A stretch of 55,444 bases of DNA, from positions 1 to 55,444 of IMG/VR virus record IMGVR_UViG_3300021247_000931, one strand, 5' to 3'. Below the pieces are notes generated by a model. That model worked only from the letters and a program-made list of their open reading frames with translations, ran no database searches and was not told where the DNA came from. Positions 18,641 to 27,724 of this stretch are shown piece after piece. The stretch is from a virus. Taxonomy: Duplodnaviria > Caudoviricetes. The translations under genes were made by a program, and so were the position numbers. Each line of letters starts with the position of its first letter. Position 1 is the first letter of the stretch.

Positions 18641-19342
18641 TTATCCGTAAATGTCTTCCTGCCACCCACCCGGAGCGGATTTAAGGTAGTGGAGCGTTGC
18701 TTGATAGACGGCACCGCGCTGTTGAATTGCAAACCCTCCGTAGAGCCACCCGCTGCCATAATTTGTTGGAAGCTGGGGGAGGTTCCCAAAAATTGCTGAT
18801 CTAGCAATTTTTCCAACAGATCGCAACTGCAGGTTTGGTAGATCCTTGAAGCTTTTGGCGATGGTATAAGTCATCGATGGATTGAGAAATGACTCCACGT
18901 TACTAAATGGATTTAGGTTGGAGACGGCATTTCCGTTAATGTCGGTTCCATTGGATCCACCTCCCTGCACATACTCCTTCCATAGTATTTTGCCTGACCT
19001 CATTCCCTTTGCATATTGAGATACCAATGAGGCAATCTTCGGATGGGCAGTGATTGGGTCAGTAGAGAGTCCACCCTCGGCGCTTTGAACCAGGTCATCT
19101 TGAACACCAATGGCTCGCTCTCCTTGAAAATAAAAATCAATACGGGCAATTCCATCCCTGAAGTTGGCAACGATACCTGTCAGGGCTCCAAAGAATCCAG
19201 GATGCGGAACCTTGGTGAGATCGGGACTGCGACCGTTTTGCATTTTCTGCAAGCGTGTCACCACGACCTGTCGGTAAAATGAATTGGAGACATCCTGACT
19301 CACAAACTCAACCAAGTCGTCGTTTCCGCTAAAGGAATTCAT
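18641..19342 (-). CDS. Distal-tail-position protein, paralog B
   Basis: DPITAHPKI..GTDINGNAVSNLNPFSNVESFLNPS; directly after the tape measure gene. Confidence 0.55.
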   Translation of the reverse strand: MNSFSGNDDLVEFVSQDVSNSFYRQVVVTRLQKMQNGRSPDLTKVPHPGFFGALTGIVANFRDGIARIDFYFQGERAIGVQDDLVQSAEGGLSTDPITAHPKIASLVSQYAKGMRSGKILWKEYVQGGGSNGTDINGNAVSNLNPFSNVESFLNPSMTYTIAKSFKDLPNLQLRSVGKIARSAIFGNLPQLPTNYGSGWLYGGFAIQQRGAVYQATLHYLKSAPGGWQEDIYG

Positions 19343-19343
19343 A

Positions 19344-22300
19344 TTACTTGTTGTTGTTAAGAATAGTGCGCGCGTAACTCATGCTTTGAGCCGAGTCGCT
19401 CGCCAAGGACGCCAAAAGGTTGACCATCTGCTGGTTCAACTGCTCCAACTTCGCCTGTTTGTCCTGAGTAGCTCCTCCGACCATTCCGGCCCATCCAGAG
19501 GAACCGCCAATTCGGGCCATGGAGGAGACTTCTGGCCTTCCCTCTTTTTCGATATTTGAGAGAATACGAGAACGCTGCACCTCGATGTCGGCGACGCGCT
19601 CGGCGTTTTCGGCGCTCATCCCGTCCGGCCCTGAGGTTAGTTGCTTAACTCTATCAGCTTTTGACATCTGATCCTCGAGCTTGTCGGCTAGGACTTTCGC
19701 GCTTTGGGATGCCTCTGAATTTGGTGCGTACTGCTCTTGGATGCGCGCCCCCTGGATCTGCATCTCCACTTGAGATCTATTGTTGCGCTCGGCCCTTCCG
19801 AAAAGCGCATCGGCTCGCTGGGCGTTGAGTTGCTGAAGTTCCGCCTTTATGTCAGTGGTTTTTGTATCCTTGGTGACGCCGACCTTGGCGGCTTCTTCAT
19901 TGGCTTTGCGGACAGCCTCGGCTGTAGCCTCGGAAGGATTTGCTATATTGGCTGCCTCGGCAGCGTCACGAGCTTCAGCGGCCTTGAGCGCCTCTTCTTT
20001 TTTGGCGATTTCCTTATCCTGAGCCTCACCTTTAAGTTCGCCCTCCCCTTTAACTCCATACCCGTCCCCCATAAGTTGCTGGGCCTGACTCCCCCTCAGT
20101 TCCACCATCTGCCTTTCAAGGGCGAGTCGCCGCTGGGTTGCCTCATACTCTGCCTTGGCTGCATTTTCAGCAATCTTGGCTGCGTTGAGTTTAACCTGAA
20201 GGATCTGCTGCTCGGCATTGAGTTTCTGTTGAATCTCAGCCACGGATTGCCCTTCTGTGCCCGCCTTGGCAGCATTGATTTTAGCCTGCTCTAGCTCTTT
20301 TTTCTTTGTCTCTTCGTCTGCCCCACCCTTGCTGGCCTGATATTCCTTGGATTTTTGGTCGTACTCCTGAGCTGCCGTAAGAGCGGTTTTAAGCTGATCA
20401 ACCCGTTGCTTGCTTTCGGCCCCAGCTTTGAATGCCAAGTTGGCCTCATTATCCGAAAGAGTGGAAACTTGAGCCTCCAATGATGCCCTTTGTCCCTCGC
20501 GCTGAAGTGCTGAGTCTTTTTCCGCACTCTCCACCTTTGCATTGGTCTTGCTAATTTCTGACTGCTGGCGCTGATCTGTGATCTTTTGATCGATCTGCTC
20601 TGCGGTCATGTCGCCTGCGCCGGCTCTGACCGCATTAACCTCGGCTTTCTGTAATGCCTTCTTCCTATCTTCTTCATCAGCCGTTCCGATGCTTTGCTGA
20701 TATGCAATGGCGGCGGTCTCTCTTTCAACTGCGGCAGCTTTTGCTTGTTCCAGTTGTCTGACTTGCTGATCGGACGATGCGCCAGCCTTAAGTTCATTGT
20801 TAGTGTTATTGTTGGATAGATAAGCTAGCTGGCCTTCAAGGCTAGTTCGCTCTCTCTGTTTCTGAAGGGTATTTTCCCGCGCAGCCTTGGCCACCTCCAT
20901 CCTCTGATTTTGATCCATTTGGCCCTGCATCTGCCTGCGCAACTCGACCGGATCCATGCGCTTGATGGCATCATCTCTTTGCCGCGCCAAAGACTGCGTG
21001 GTTTCCGCGGAGATCTGCGACTCATCGCCACCATATCGCTGGGCGATTGTTTGGTTGATGGCCGCAAGTTTTGCCCGTGCGTCTTTTTGGATTTGCACCC
21101 CTTCGCTCATGCGACGTGCGTTGGCCTCCTCTTGAGTTTCCCTGACCTCCACACCATCCGACCGCTTGATGACCTTTCGTTCCGCATTACCCGTGAAATT
21201 CAGCGCCTGAGAAGCAATAAATTCCTGATTAGCTTTTTGCTCCCTTAAGGCAGTTCGGAGCTCCACTTCTTTGTCCAGGCTTCCCGCCTCAGTGGTCGTT
21301 TTTGATTCGGAAAGCTCGCCAAGAGATTGAGTGAAGTCGGAAACAGTCTTAGCGGCATCGACTTTTTTGGTTAGAGAATTTGTTTGTCTTCGCTCAGATT
21401 CGATTTTGGGAGCTTCCACAATCGCCTTGTTGTAGTCCCCTTGGATTCGCTCAAGTTCCTTCTTCCCGATTTCGAGACCCATCTCAGGTGATAATGCTGA
21501 CTGGAGATCTTGTATGCCTTGATTCCGGATATTGCGCTCAAGGACAGCGGACTCGCGAAGCCTTTGGTCCTCTGCATTATCTACGCCAGTACCCTTCGCC
21601 ATGAGGCGCTGTTTTTGAGCAATCAAGGCGCGCTCCTGAGCGGCAATTCTCTGAGATTTTCCTTCCTCCGCTTCTACACGCGCTTGGTCTTGCCACCTGT
21701 CGGTAATGGCAAGATTCCAATCAGCGTTTACAATCCACCCATTTTTACGCCTCTGTTGCGTTTCCCTTGCTTCGGCAAGCGCCTTCTGATTCGTTTCCTT
21801 TTCTTGATTAAGATCAGCGATCTGTGCGTCGATCTCGTCAGCTTTTTTCTGTTGCTCCTCGGGGTTTCTTACAAGAGCTATGTCTTTTTGGTTCTGATTA
21901 AACTGCGTTTGCTTTGTTGATATGTCTTTTTCGGCCTCTTCTCGGAATTTGTTGATGTTCTTGTAGGCATTGTATGCATCGATCCCCGCTTTCACCAGAG
22001 CCGCCCCAAGCAGTGTCAATCCGGCAGTGGTAGTCATCAGGATGCTTGCACCAACTCTCAAGCCAGCCCACAGAACTCCCATTCCTGCTCGAAGGGCAGC
22101 CGAACTGCTTAAAACCGTCCCCATGACCGATGCAATCGGTCGCAGTGCAGTTATCAGGAATGAAGCACCCTGGACGATAGCCGAAAAGATCCCACCAGCC
22201 GCAACAAGCACCAACGCTTTAAGGGCAACAGTGAGTCCTTTGACAACGGAAATAGCCGCATCTGATGAGAAAATGGCTTCCTTGAGTTCATTCCAGGCAC

Positions 22301-23093
22301 TGCTCATGGGAGCAATGGAATCAGCCAAACCGCTCTGAAGAATGTCTTTAAGCTTCTGGAAGGCGATAGCCGCACGCAGGCCAGCTTTTTCCCCCTCCAA
22401 AAACTTATTCCCAATTTCAATATTGCTTGCCTGCTCAAGATTCCTGAGTTGAGCCTCCAAACCAGCCACAGAGTCCCGCATGGCCTCGCTCGCACCCTTG
22501 GTGGAATCCATGGCCATCTGCATTGTACGCAAAACAGCAGCCGAAGAGGCACCTGCGGCGGCCATATCCCTGATTTTTGCCGCTGCATTCTGTGTGATGC
22601 CACCGAGATTGGCCATATCCTGGGCGGCGCCACTAACGTCTCCGCCCTGTTGGATCGCCTGATAAAACTGCGCATAGGCGGCAGCCACGGCATTTACCGG
22701 GGCACCAGATGCGGCAAAAACATCACTGATCTGCCTTATATTGCGCTCGGTATCAGCCGCCGCTCCCCCAAGAACCCTTAGTGTCTTTGAGGCATTTCCA
22801 AGCGACTCAAAGGAGACCGCGCCGGAGGCCGCCATTTTGGCCAGAGAGGCCACCTTCTCCTCAGCTTGGGAAGCACTCTGGCCAAGGGCAATGAATTGAC
22901 TTTTAAGAGTTTCAGCACCCGCGCTTGCCTTCAGTGCCTCCTGAATCTTTCGGGCGGACAAATAGACGCCTATCAGAGCAGTTGTGAATCCAGCGACTTT
23001 GCCCAGAAGGAGGTCGAAGGAAATACCCGCGATGATGTCTTTTGCCTGCTGAAGAACCCCCACTGGGGATCCGCTTGTTCTCGGAGGTGCCAT
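19344..23093 (-). CDS. Tape measure protein
   Basis: ~1250 aa, Ala/Gln/Glu-rich helical with a central hydrophobic region; canonical position; ATG 23093 lies 16 nt from GTTGAC. Confidence 0.85.
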   Translation of the reverse strand: MAPPRTSGSPVGVLQQAKDIIAGISFDLLLGKVAGFTTALIGVYLSARKIQEALKASAGAETLKSQFIALGQSASQAEEKVASLAKMAASGAVSFESLGNASKTLRVLGGAAADTERNIRQISDVFAASGAPVNAVAAAYAQFYQAIQQGGDVSGAAQDMANLGGITQNAAAKIRDMAAAGASSAAVLRTMQMAMDSTKGASEAMRDSVAGLEAQLRNLEQASNIEIGNKFLEGEKAGLRAAIAFQKLKDILQSGLADSIAPMSSAWNELKEAIFSSDAAISVVKGLTVALKALVLVAAGGIFSAIVQGASFLITALRPIASVMGTVLSSSAALRAGMGVLWAGLRVGASILMTTTAGLTLLGAALVKAGIDAYNAYKNINKFREEAEKDISTKQTQFNQNQKDIALVRNPEEQQKKADEIDAQIADLNQEKETNQKALAEARETQQRRKNGWIVNADWNLAITDRWQDQARVEAEEGKSQRIAAQERALIAQKQRLMAKGTGVDNAEDQRLRESAVLERNIRNQGIQDLQSALSPEMGLEIGKKELERIQGDYNKAIVEAPKIESERRQTNSLTKKVDAAKTVSDFTQSLGELSESKTTTEAGSLDKEVELRTALREQKANQEFIASQALNFTGNAERKVIKRSDGVEVRETQEEANARRMSEGVQIQKDARAKLAAINQTIAQRYGGDESQISAETTQSLARQRDDAIKRMDPVELRRQMQGQMDQNQRMEVAKAARENTLQKQRERTSLEGQLAYLSNNNTNNELKAGASSDQQVRQLEQAKAAAVERETAAIAYQQSIGTADEEDRKKALQKAEVNAVRAGAGDMTAEQIDQKITDQRQQSEISKTNAKVESAEKDSALQREGQRASLEAQVSTLSDNEANLAFKAGAESKQRVDQLKTALTAAQEYDQKSKEYQASKGGADEETKKKELEQAKINAAKAGTEGQSVAEIQQKLNAEQQILQVKLNAAKIAENAAKAEYEATQRRLALERQMVELRGSQAQQLMGDGYGVKGEGELKGEAQDKEIAKKEEALKAAEARDAAEAANIANPSEATAEAVRKANEEAAKVGVTKDTKTTDIKAELQQLNAQRADALFGRAERNNRSQVEMQIQGARIQEQYAPNSEASQSAKVLADKLEDQMSKADRVKQLTSGPDGMSAENAERVADIEVQRSRILSNIEKEGRPEVSSMARIGGSSGWAGMVGGATQDKQAKLEQLNQQMVNLLASLASDSAQSMSYARTILNNNK

Positions 23094-23109
23094 AACCCCT
23101 AAAGCAGCG

Positions 23110-23115
23110 GTCAAC
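23110..23115 (-). promoter_or_regulatory. Late element GTTGAC-N16-ATG
   Basis: GTTGAC CGCTGCTTTAGGGGTT ATG(23093); its TGA is the upstream stop codon. Confidence 0.6.
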
Positions 23116-23905
23116 TTTTTTGACGCTCGCAAACTTCCTGCCAATATTTGACGGGAGCAAGGGCGTTGACCACCTCTTGTGGGAGCTCAGGATGCTCCTT
23201 GGCAAGCTCCTTTGCTTTTATCGCAATTTTCTCTCTTCTCTGAATAAGGTTTTTTTGGAAAAACTCCTCATCCATAGGGGTCCAGATGTTGATTTCTGCT
23301 CCCTCGCGTTTTGCCAGGGCCACACTCATCCATCCGAGTTCGCCGATCGGCATGTCCCATGCCTCTTTGGGTGATCTGCCGGTGAGGTGGACATAGGCAG
23401 AAACCGAATGAAGCGTATCGTCTATTTGTTTTTCCTCCGCATCTTGCAAGCTTGCCTCGTAATGCGTTCTTGAGGCGAGACGGGCATGGTCGGGATCCTT
23501 GGTGACCGCATAGAGTTCCTCGTACGCCTCGGCTAGTTTTTTCCGCGAAGAGGATTTTCCTCCCCACAGCTTTGGTGGGCTCGCGTAGTCGTCCAGATAG
23601 TCGTAAAACCTTTTTACCTCCTTCTTCCAAGGCGTCAGCAGGTAACGAATTTTCCATATTACGGCACGCACTCCGCGCAAAGTTGTTACATTAGCGGCGT
23701 TTGGATAATCCGTAGAGCAAATCTTGGCAGCGGCATAGACATCCCACTTCGATGGACTACCCAGCAGCATCTTTGAGTCGATCCACTCAAGCTGAAGCCG
23801 GTGCCAGGTACTAAATGGCTTGAGCTTGATTCCAAAAACACGATGAGGCTTGTGGAGGAACGCCTCCGCAAACCTCTCGTCGAAGATGTAGTGGTGAGAT
23901 CCCAA
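23111..23905 (-). CDS. Probable tail assembly chaperone
   Basis: Position between tube genes and tape measure; AWDMPIGE motif; start uncertain (TTG). Confidence 0.5.
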   Translation of the reverse strand: MGSHHYIFDERFAEAFLHKPHRVFGIKLKPFSTWHRLQLEWIDSKMLLGSPSKWDVYAAAKICSTDYPNAANVTTLRGVRAVIWKIRYLLTPWKKEVKRFYDYLDDYASPPKLWGGKSSSRKKLAEAYEELYAVTKDPDHARLASRTHYEASLQDAEEKQIDDTLHSVSAYVHLTGRSPKEAWDMPIGELGWMSVALAKREGAEINIWTPMDEEFFQKNLIQRREKIAIKAKELAKEHPELPQEVVNALAPVKYWQEVCERQKS

Positions 23906-24229
23906 TTAGAGGCCCTTGCCCGAGACCGAGACCTTCACAAAGTCTTGATTTGAGGCTTCGACCTTGGAGCTCATGATCTTCTGGGTTCCGCCGACGCCGG
24001 TGATCCCGCCACCAAGAGCAGGAGCCGAGATCGCATTGGAGTATCCAGAGACCTCGGAAGTGTAGGTTCCTTTGGACATGAAAATAGCGCCCAACTCTCC
24101 GTCGCTCTTCTTGGCGCGGGAGATATTGCCGTATTCTTCTCCGGAAGAAACGCTGGTGATCTGGGAAATTCCTGGCACAGAAACGCCAGAAACGCCGATT
24201 TCGGCACCATTGAATGTTTGGAGAGCCAT
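23906..24229 (-). CDS. Tail tube-like protein 2
   Basis: 107 aa, beta-rich, Ser/Gly-rich; SNQDFVKVSVSG parallels SNEDVSKVQSE of its neighbour. Confidence 0.5.
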   Translation of the reverse strand: MALQTFNGAEIGVSGVSVPGISQITSVSSGEEYGNISRAKKSDGELGAIFMSKGTYTSEVSGYSNAISAPALGGGITGVGGTQKIMSSKVEASNQDFVKVSVSGKGL

Positions 24230-24247
24230 AGTATTAATTAGGGTTGA

Positions 24248-24580
24248 TTAGTTGGATGATGCCAGACCTGGGGCTCCCAGAGCCTCGCTCTGGACCTTGC
24301 TCACATCCTCGTTGCTGCGAAGGACTGTGGACTTGGTGACGTATCCCGTGGTTCCAGCAAATTCGATTGACTCGCCAAGAGGATCCACTTCGGATCCATA
24401 TTTCGTTACGGAGACTTTGTGCTCCTCTCCTCCGTAGGCGATGTCGGTGAGTTGGCCGGTGCCATCCACGATGTCGAGATTGACCGTGTAGGATTTTTCT
24501 ACGGATCCAGAAACGATGTCGACATTTCCTGTTCCAAAAACGAAATCAGGTCCGCCGATTTTTTTAGAAGCAATAGCCAT
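24248..24580 (-). CDS. Tail tube-like protein 1
   Basis: 110 aa, beta-rich; position after the tail terminator; has its own GTTGAC element at 24616-24621. Confidence 0.5.
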   Translation of the reverse strand: MAIASKKIGGPDFVFGTGNVDIVSGSVEKSYTVNLDIVDGTGQLTDIAYGGEEHKVSVTKYGSEVDPLGESIEFAGTTGYVTKSTVLRSNEDVSKVQSEALGAPGLASSN

Positions 24581-24616
24581 ATTTTTTAGGGGTTTGGTTA
24601 TCCTTATGAGTCGGTG

Positions 24617-25015
24617 TCAACTGGCGGCCGCTCCAACCTTGAAGGTCAATATCTCGGCGCGCTGCATATCCTTGACCTGACTGGAGAGATTGGCGGGAGA
24701 ATGACCAAAGATCTCAAGGCCGTTTGCGTCGTAGGATTTAAGAGGGGACTCATCTGCCGTAAGCCACAAATAGACAGCCCCCAGACGGTCCTGCAGTGTT
24801 TCTACCGACGCAGAAAACACCGGCCCAACAATTCGGACTTCTAGTTCGATAAGATGTGCCGTAGACCGATGCTCTCCACCCGTCGCAACGACAGAAACAT
24901 ACTGATCGGGACGAGCGACGTCACTTTGCCCCGGAAGCACAGGGACGCCGGCCACTCCAGAGGCATCAAGGGCCGCTGCGATCTCGGACTCAAGAAGTGA
25001 GAGAAGTCCTTTCAT
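24617..25015 (-). CDS. Tail terminator-like connector
   Basis: 132 aa; PGQSDVARP.YVSV pattern and gene order. Confidence 0.5.
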   Translation of the reverse strand: MKGLLSLLESEIAAALDASGVAGVPVLPGQSDVARPDQYVSVVATGGEHRSTAHLIELEVRIVGPVFSASVETLQDRLGAVYLWLTADESPLKSYDANGLEIFGHSPANLSSQVKDMQRAEILTFKVGAAAS

Positions 25016-25016
25016 G

Positions 25017-25355
25017 CTAGAATTGGGAAGCGGTGCCAGCCGTGGATGCCAGGATGAGTGTCGTAGTCAGCCCGTTTTGCTTGATTTCCACGACGCGATA
25101 GTTGCGGCCGGATATGGTGGCCAGGTGTCCGGTCTTTAGAATGCCGCCACCAGCAGCCACGGCATCTTCCGATCTGATTTCGGCCTTGGCCCCCTCTAGT
25201 TTCTGAAATCCTCCAGATCCATCGGGAATCGTCTGATAACTCGAAAGAGGGGATACGACAGCAGGGATTGGTGCTCCGTTCAGAAAGATGGTTGATCCCA
25301 TCTCGGAAAAAAGAGCGGGGTCAGCCAGTGCCATCGCATCATCAAAACTGCTCAT
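25017..25355 (-). CDS. Head closure / head-tail joining protein (gpFII-like)
   Basis: FDDAMA..LFSEMG..TISGRNYRVVEIK..TTTLIL pattern; gene order. Confidence 0.6.
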   Translation of the reverse strand: MSSFDDAMALADPALFSEMGSTIFLNGAPIPAVVSPLSSYQTIPDGSGGFQKLEGAKAEIRSEDAVAAGGGILKTGHLATISGRNYRVVEIKQNGLTTTLILASTAGTASQF

Positions 25356-25371
25356 GACTCAACGGAAGCGG

Positions 25372-25377
25372 GTCAAC
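25372..25377 (-). promoter_or_regulatory. Late element GTTGAC-N16-ATG
   Basis: GTTGAC CCGCTTCCGTTGAGTC ATG(25355). Confidence 0.6.
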
Positions 25378-25384
25378 TTTTCCA

Positions 25385-25435
25385 TTAAAAGGGATCACCC
25401 TCCGTCCGGGAGGGCAGCTCCGGGCGGAGGGTGAT
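25385..25435 (-). terminator. Long GC hairpin downstream of the tRNA, probable terminator
   Basis: ATCACCCTCCG...CGGAGGGTGAT stem (25394-25435) followed by CCCTTTTAA on the minus strand. Confidence 0.55.
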
Positions 25436-25467
25436 TGGAGGAGACCCTTTCGGGCCTGAGGAGGAAT

Positions 25468-25544
25468 TGGTTGCGGGAGTAGGATTTGAACCTACGACCT
25501 TCAGGTTATGGGCCTGACGAGCTACCGGGCTGCTCCATCCCGCG
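25468..25544 (-). tRNA. Initiator tRNA-fMet (CAT), CCA encoded
   Basis: CGCGGGATGGAGCAGCCCGGTAGCTCGTCAGGCCCATAACCTGAAGGTCGTAGGTTCAAATCCTACTCCCGCAACCA: 77 nt, C1:A72 mismatch, GGTTCAAATCC T-arm. Confidence 0.95.
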
Positions 25545-25609
25545 GTGATTGGTCACACAAGAGGCCCGGTCCCCCACCCCTGGGTTACCGGGCCTCCCGA
25601 TGTGGTTGA

Positions 25610-26569
25610 TTAGTCCTGAACCGTGGCGATCAGGTAACCCGCATTGGGGTTAATGATCTTCTCGACGCGGTTGGAGCGGACGCGAACGATGTCGCCGCGG
25701 CGCTTCTCATCGCGATAGGTGTCGGTCGTGAAAAGACCACCCTCGCTGTCGGCGTCCCAGATCATGGTGCGGCCGATACCGCCTGCCTTGAAGTCACCAC
25801 CCTGGATGTCAGCAAGCAGCATGTAGCCGTTGCCCCACACGGGCTGGATGTTGGGGGCCTTACCGGCAACCGAGACATCGACCGTCTTGCGGGCGATGAT
25901 GATCTGGCCGATGTTGAAGGCCTCTGCAACCGCCTGGGTGGTGATGTTGGAACCGCCCTGGGTGGTGTTGAGGAAGCCGTAGAGGTAGGTCTGAAGCCTG
26001 CGGCTCCTCTTGATGAGGTTCCAGAGGTGCAGGGAGAGGACGAGCGTGTTGGGCTGCTCTCCGACGTTGTTCATCGCCTCGATGGCGGCGTTGAGGTCGG
26101 CGGGCACGTCCATGGTGTCCAGGTTGGCGTCCGAGTAGGTCGCCGCGGGATTACCCACGTTGAAGGTGTCGGGATCGAGCACCGTGTTGGCCACCTGAAC
26201 CTCATAGTCCAGCATGACCTTGCGCATGCAATCCTTGGCGGTGATCACCTCGGCGTCGAAGAAGTTCTTCATCCGCTTCTTGATCACGTCGTCGATGCGC
26301 TCCTCATGACCGTATTCCTCGGTCTGATAGTTGTCCCACTCGAACGAGATGTTGCTCTCGTTGTAAGTGCCGGACTGATTGCGCTTCTGGCTCTGCTTGC
26401 GCAGGAGGCCACCGGAGGCGATGCGGAACTTGGGATAGCGCCCATACTCCATTTCGCTCTCGTTGACGGGCAGCACAAGCTGTCCGATGAATTGCTCGTC
26501 CTGGTGAACCGCCTCCATAAGGACGGTGGAGAGGTCGATGCGGGGAACTGCGTCGGTCGTGTTATACAT
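25610..26569 (-). CDS. Major capsid protein (lambda gpE-like HK97 fold)
   Basis: 319 aa; FIGQLVLP, PNTLVLS..W, DIVRVR..EKIINPNAGYLI motifs; strong codon bias. Confidence 0.85.
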   Translation of the reverse strand: MYNTTDAVPRIDLSTVLMEAVHQDEQFIGQLVLPVNESEMEYGRYPKFRIASGGLLRKQSQKRNQSGTYNESNISFEWDNYQTEEYGHEERIDDVIKKRMKNFFDAEVITAKDCMRKVMLDYEVQVANTVLDPDTFNVGNPAATYSDANLDTMDVPADLNAAIEAMNNVGEQPNTLVLSLHLWNLIKRSRRLQTYLYGFLNTTQGGSNITTQAVAEAFNIGQIIIARKTVDVSVAGKAPNIQPVWGNGYMLLADIQGGDFKAGGIGRTMIWDADSEGGLFTTDTYRDEKRRGDIVRVRSNRVEKIINPNAGYLIATVQD

Positions 26570-26593
26570 GGTCGTGTTCGGTTGAGGGTTGGA

Positions 26594-26950
26594 TTAGAGG
26601 AGCACGACGTGGATGCGACCGCCGGAGGATCCAGCCGGAGCGGCCTCCCAGGCGACGGCGGCGGCAGTGCCGCCGTTTGCGTGTTCGACGAAGGTGCCGC
26701 CCGAGGCGAGGTCGAGCAGATCGCCAGGGGCGACCTCTGCATCGCTGCCGAGCACGATCTCGTGGAGACCGCTGCGCTTGAGGAAGACATCGACGGCCTT
26801 GCCCTCGGAAGCCCCGGTAACGAGGACGCCAACGGCGGTGTCGGTTGCTCCCGCCAGGGCGATGCCTGCGGGGGTGATCTTGACGGCCTTATACTCCTGG
26901 CCGCCGAGGTTGGAGGCGGCGATGCCGCTGACTACGGGTTGGAAGTTCAT
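26594..26950 (-). CDS. Capsid decoration/cement protein (DUF2190-like)
   Basis: 118 aa, Ala/Gly-rich, AVGV..GDLL..AWEAA..G.IHVVL, just upstream of the capsid gene. Confidence 0.7.
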   Translation of the reverse strand: MNFQPVVSGIAASNLGGQEYKAVKITPAGIALAGATDTAVGVLVTGASEGKAVDVFLKRSGLHEIVLGSDAEVAPGDLLDLASGGTFVEHANGGTAAAVAWEAAPAGSSGGRIHVVLL

Positions 26951-26977
26951 GATATATGGTTCCTTGGTTGAGGGTGA

Positions 26978-27724
26978 TTAGGCGCGCTGGGATTCGAGCC
27001 AGTCGCGGTGAAGCTCGGGGTTGGTCTTGATGACCGACTCGAAGGCCTTGGCGCGGGACTTGCCGCTCTTCTCGATCTCGGAGACCTTCTGCTCAAACTC
27101 ATGCACCTTCCCGTCCTTGGAGGTCACGGGGGAGATGGTGCCGTCGGCGGAGAAGGAGAGGACGCGGGTGCCCGTCTTGATCGCGTGGAGGAGAACCTCG
27201 TTGCGGGACTTGAGCGCGGCGACCTCGGACTTGAGCGAGGCATTCTCGTCGCTGAAGGCCTTAAGGTTGCCCTCGATGGTCTCGAAGTGATGGGCGACCT
27301 CGGCCTCTTCGGCGGCGATGTCATCGCGGGTGAGGCGAGCCTGGAGCATGCGAACCTCGCGGGTCAGGGCCGAAAGGGCCGTGCCAGCCTCGGCTCCGGC
27401 AGGAGCGGCTTCACCCTCGGCGGGAGCGCCTTCGGTGGATCCTTCACCCTCTCCGTCACCGGCGGCGTGTTCGGCCTGGAGGGCGACGATGCCAGCGGCA
27501 TCCTCTTCGGTGATCTCACCAGCGGCGACGAGATCGGCAATCTGCTCCTCGCTCAGGGAGAGAATCTCCTCGAGGGAGGGGCCTTCATCGTGAGAGGCGG
27601 CCTCCTGGATTTCGGCGATCTGCTGCCCCTGGGCGGCGACCGTCTCGGTGAGTGCGTTGACCGCAGCCAGGAGATCCGTCAGGGTGGGCTCCGGTGCGCT
27701 ATTGGGTGTGTTTTTGGGGTCCAT
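26978..27724 (-). CDS. Nested in-frame scaffold protein (Nu3-like)
   Basis: Internal ATG (MDPKNTPN) 24 nt after an internal GTTGAC (27749-27754), at the protease/scaffold boundary. Confidence 0.5.
   Translation of the reverse strand: MDPKNTPNSAPEPTLTDLLAAVNALTETVAAQGQQIAEIQEAASHDEGPSLEEILSLSEEQIADLVAAGEITEEDAAGIVALQAEHAAGDGEGEGSTEGAPAEGEAAPAGAEAGTALSALTREVRMLQARLTRDDIAAEEAEVAHHFETIEGNLKAFSDENASLKSEVAALKSRNEVLLHAIKTGTRVLSFSADGTISPVTSKDGKVHEFEQKVSEIEKSGKSRAKAFESVIKTNPELHRDWLESQRA

Noticed and set aside
12359-25355. Contractile tail or eCIS/tailocin
   Set aside because: No sheath or baseplate wedge motifs were recognised, and a full head and packaging module is present.
25394-25467. tRNA-associated HDV-like (theta) ribozyme downstream of the tRNA
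   Set aside because: The sequence after CCA begins ATTCC and forms simple hairpins; no nested double pseudoknot is seen, and CCA is already encoded.
25468-25544. tRNA as attachment site or prophage boundary
   Set aside because: It is complete, lies mid-operon between capsid and connector genes, is far from the integrase, and has no duplicated 3' fragment in the window.
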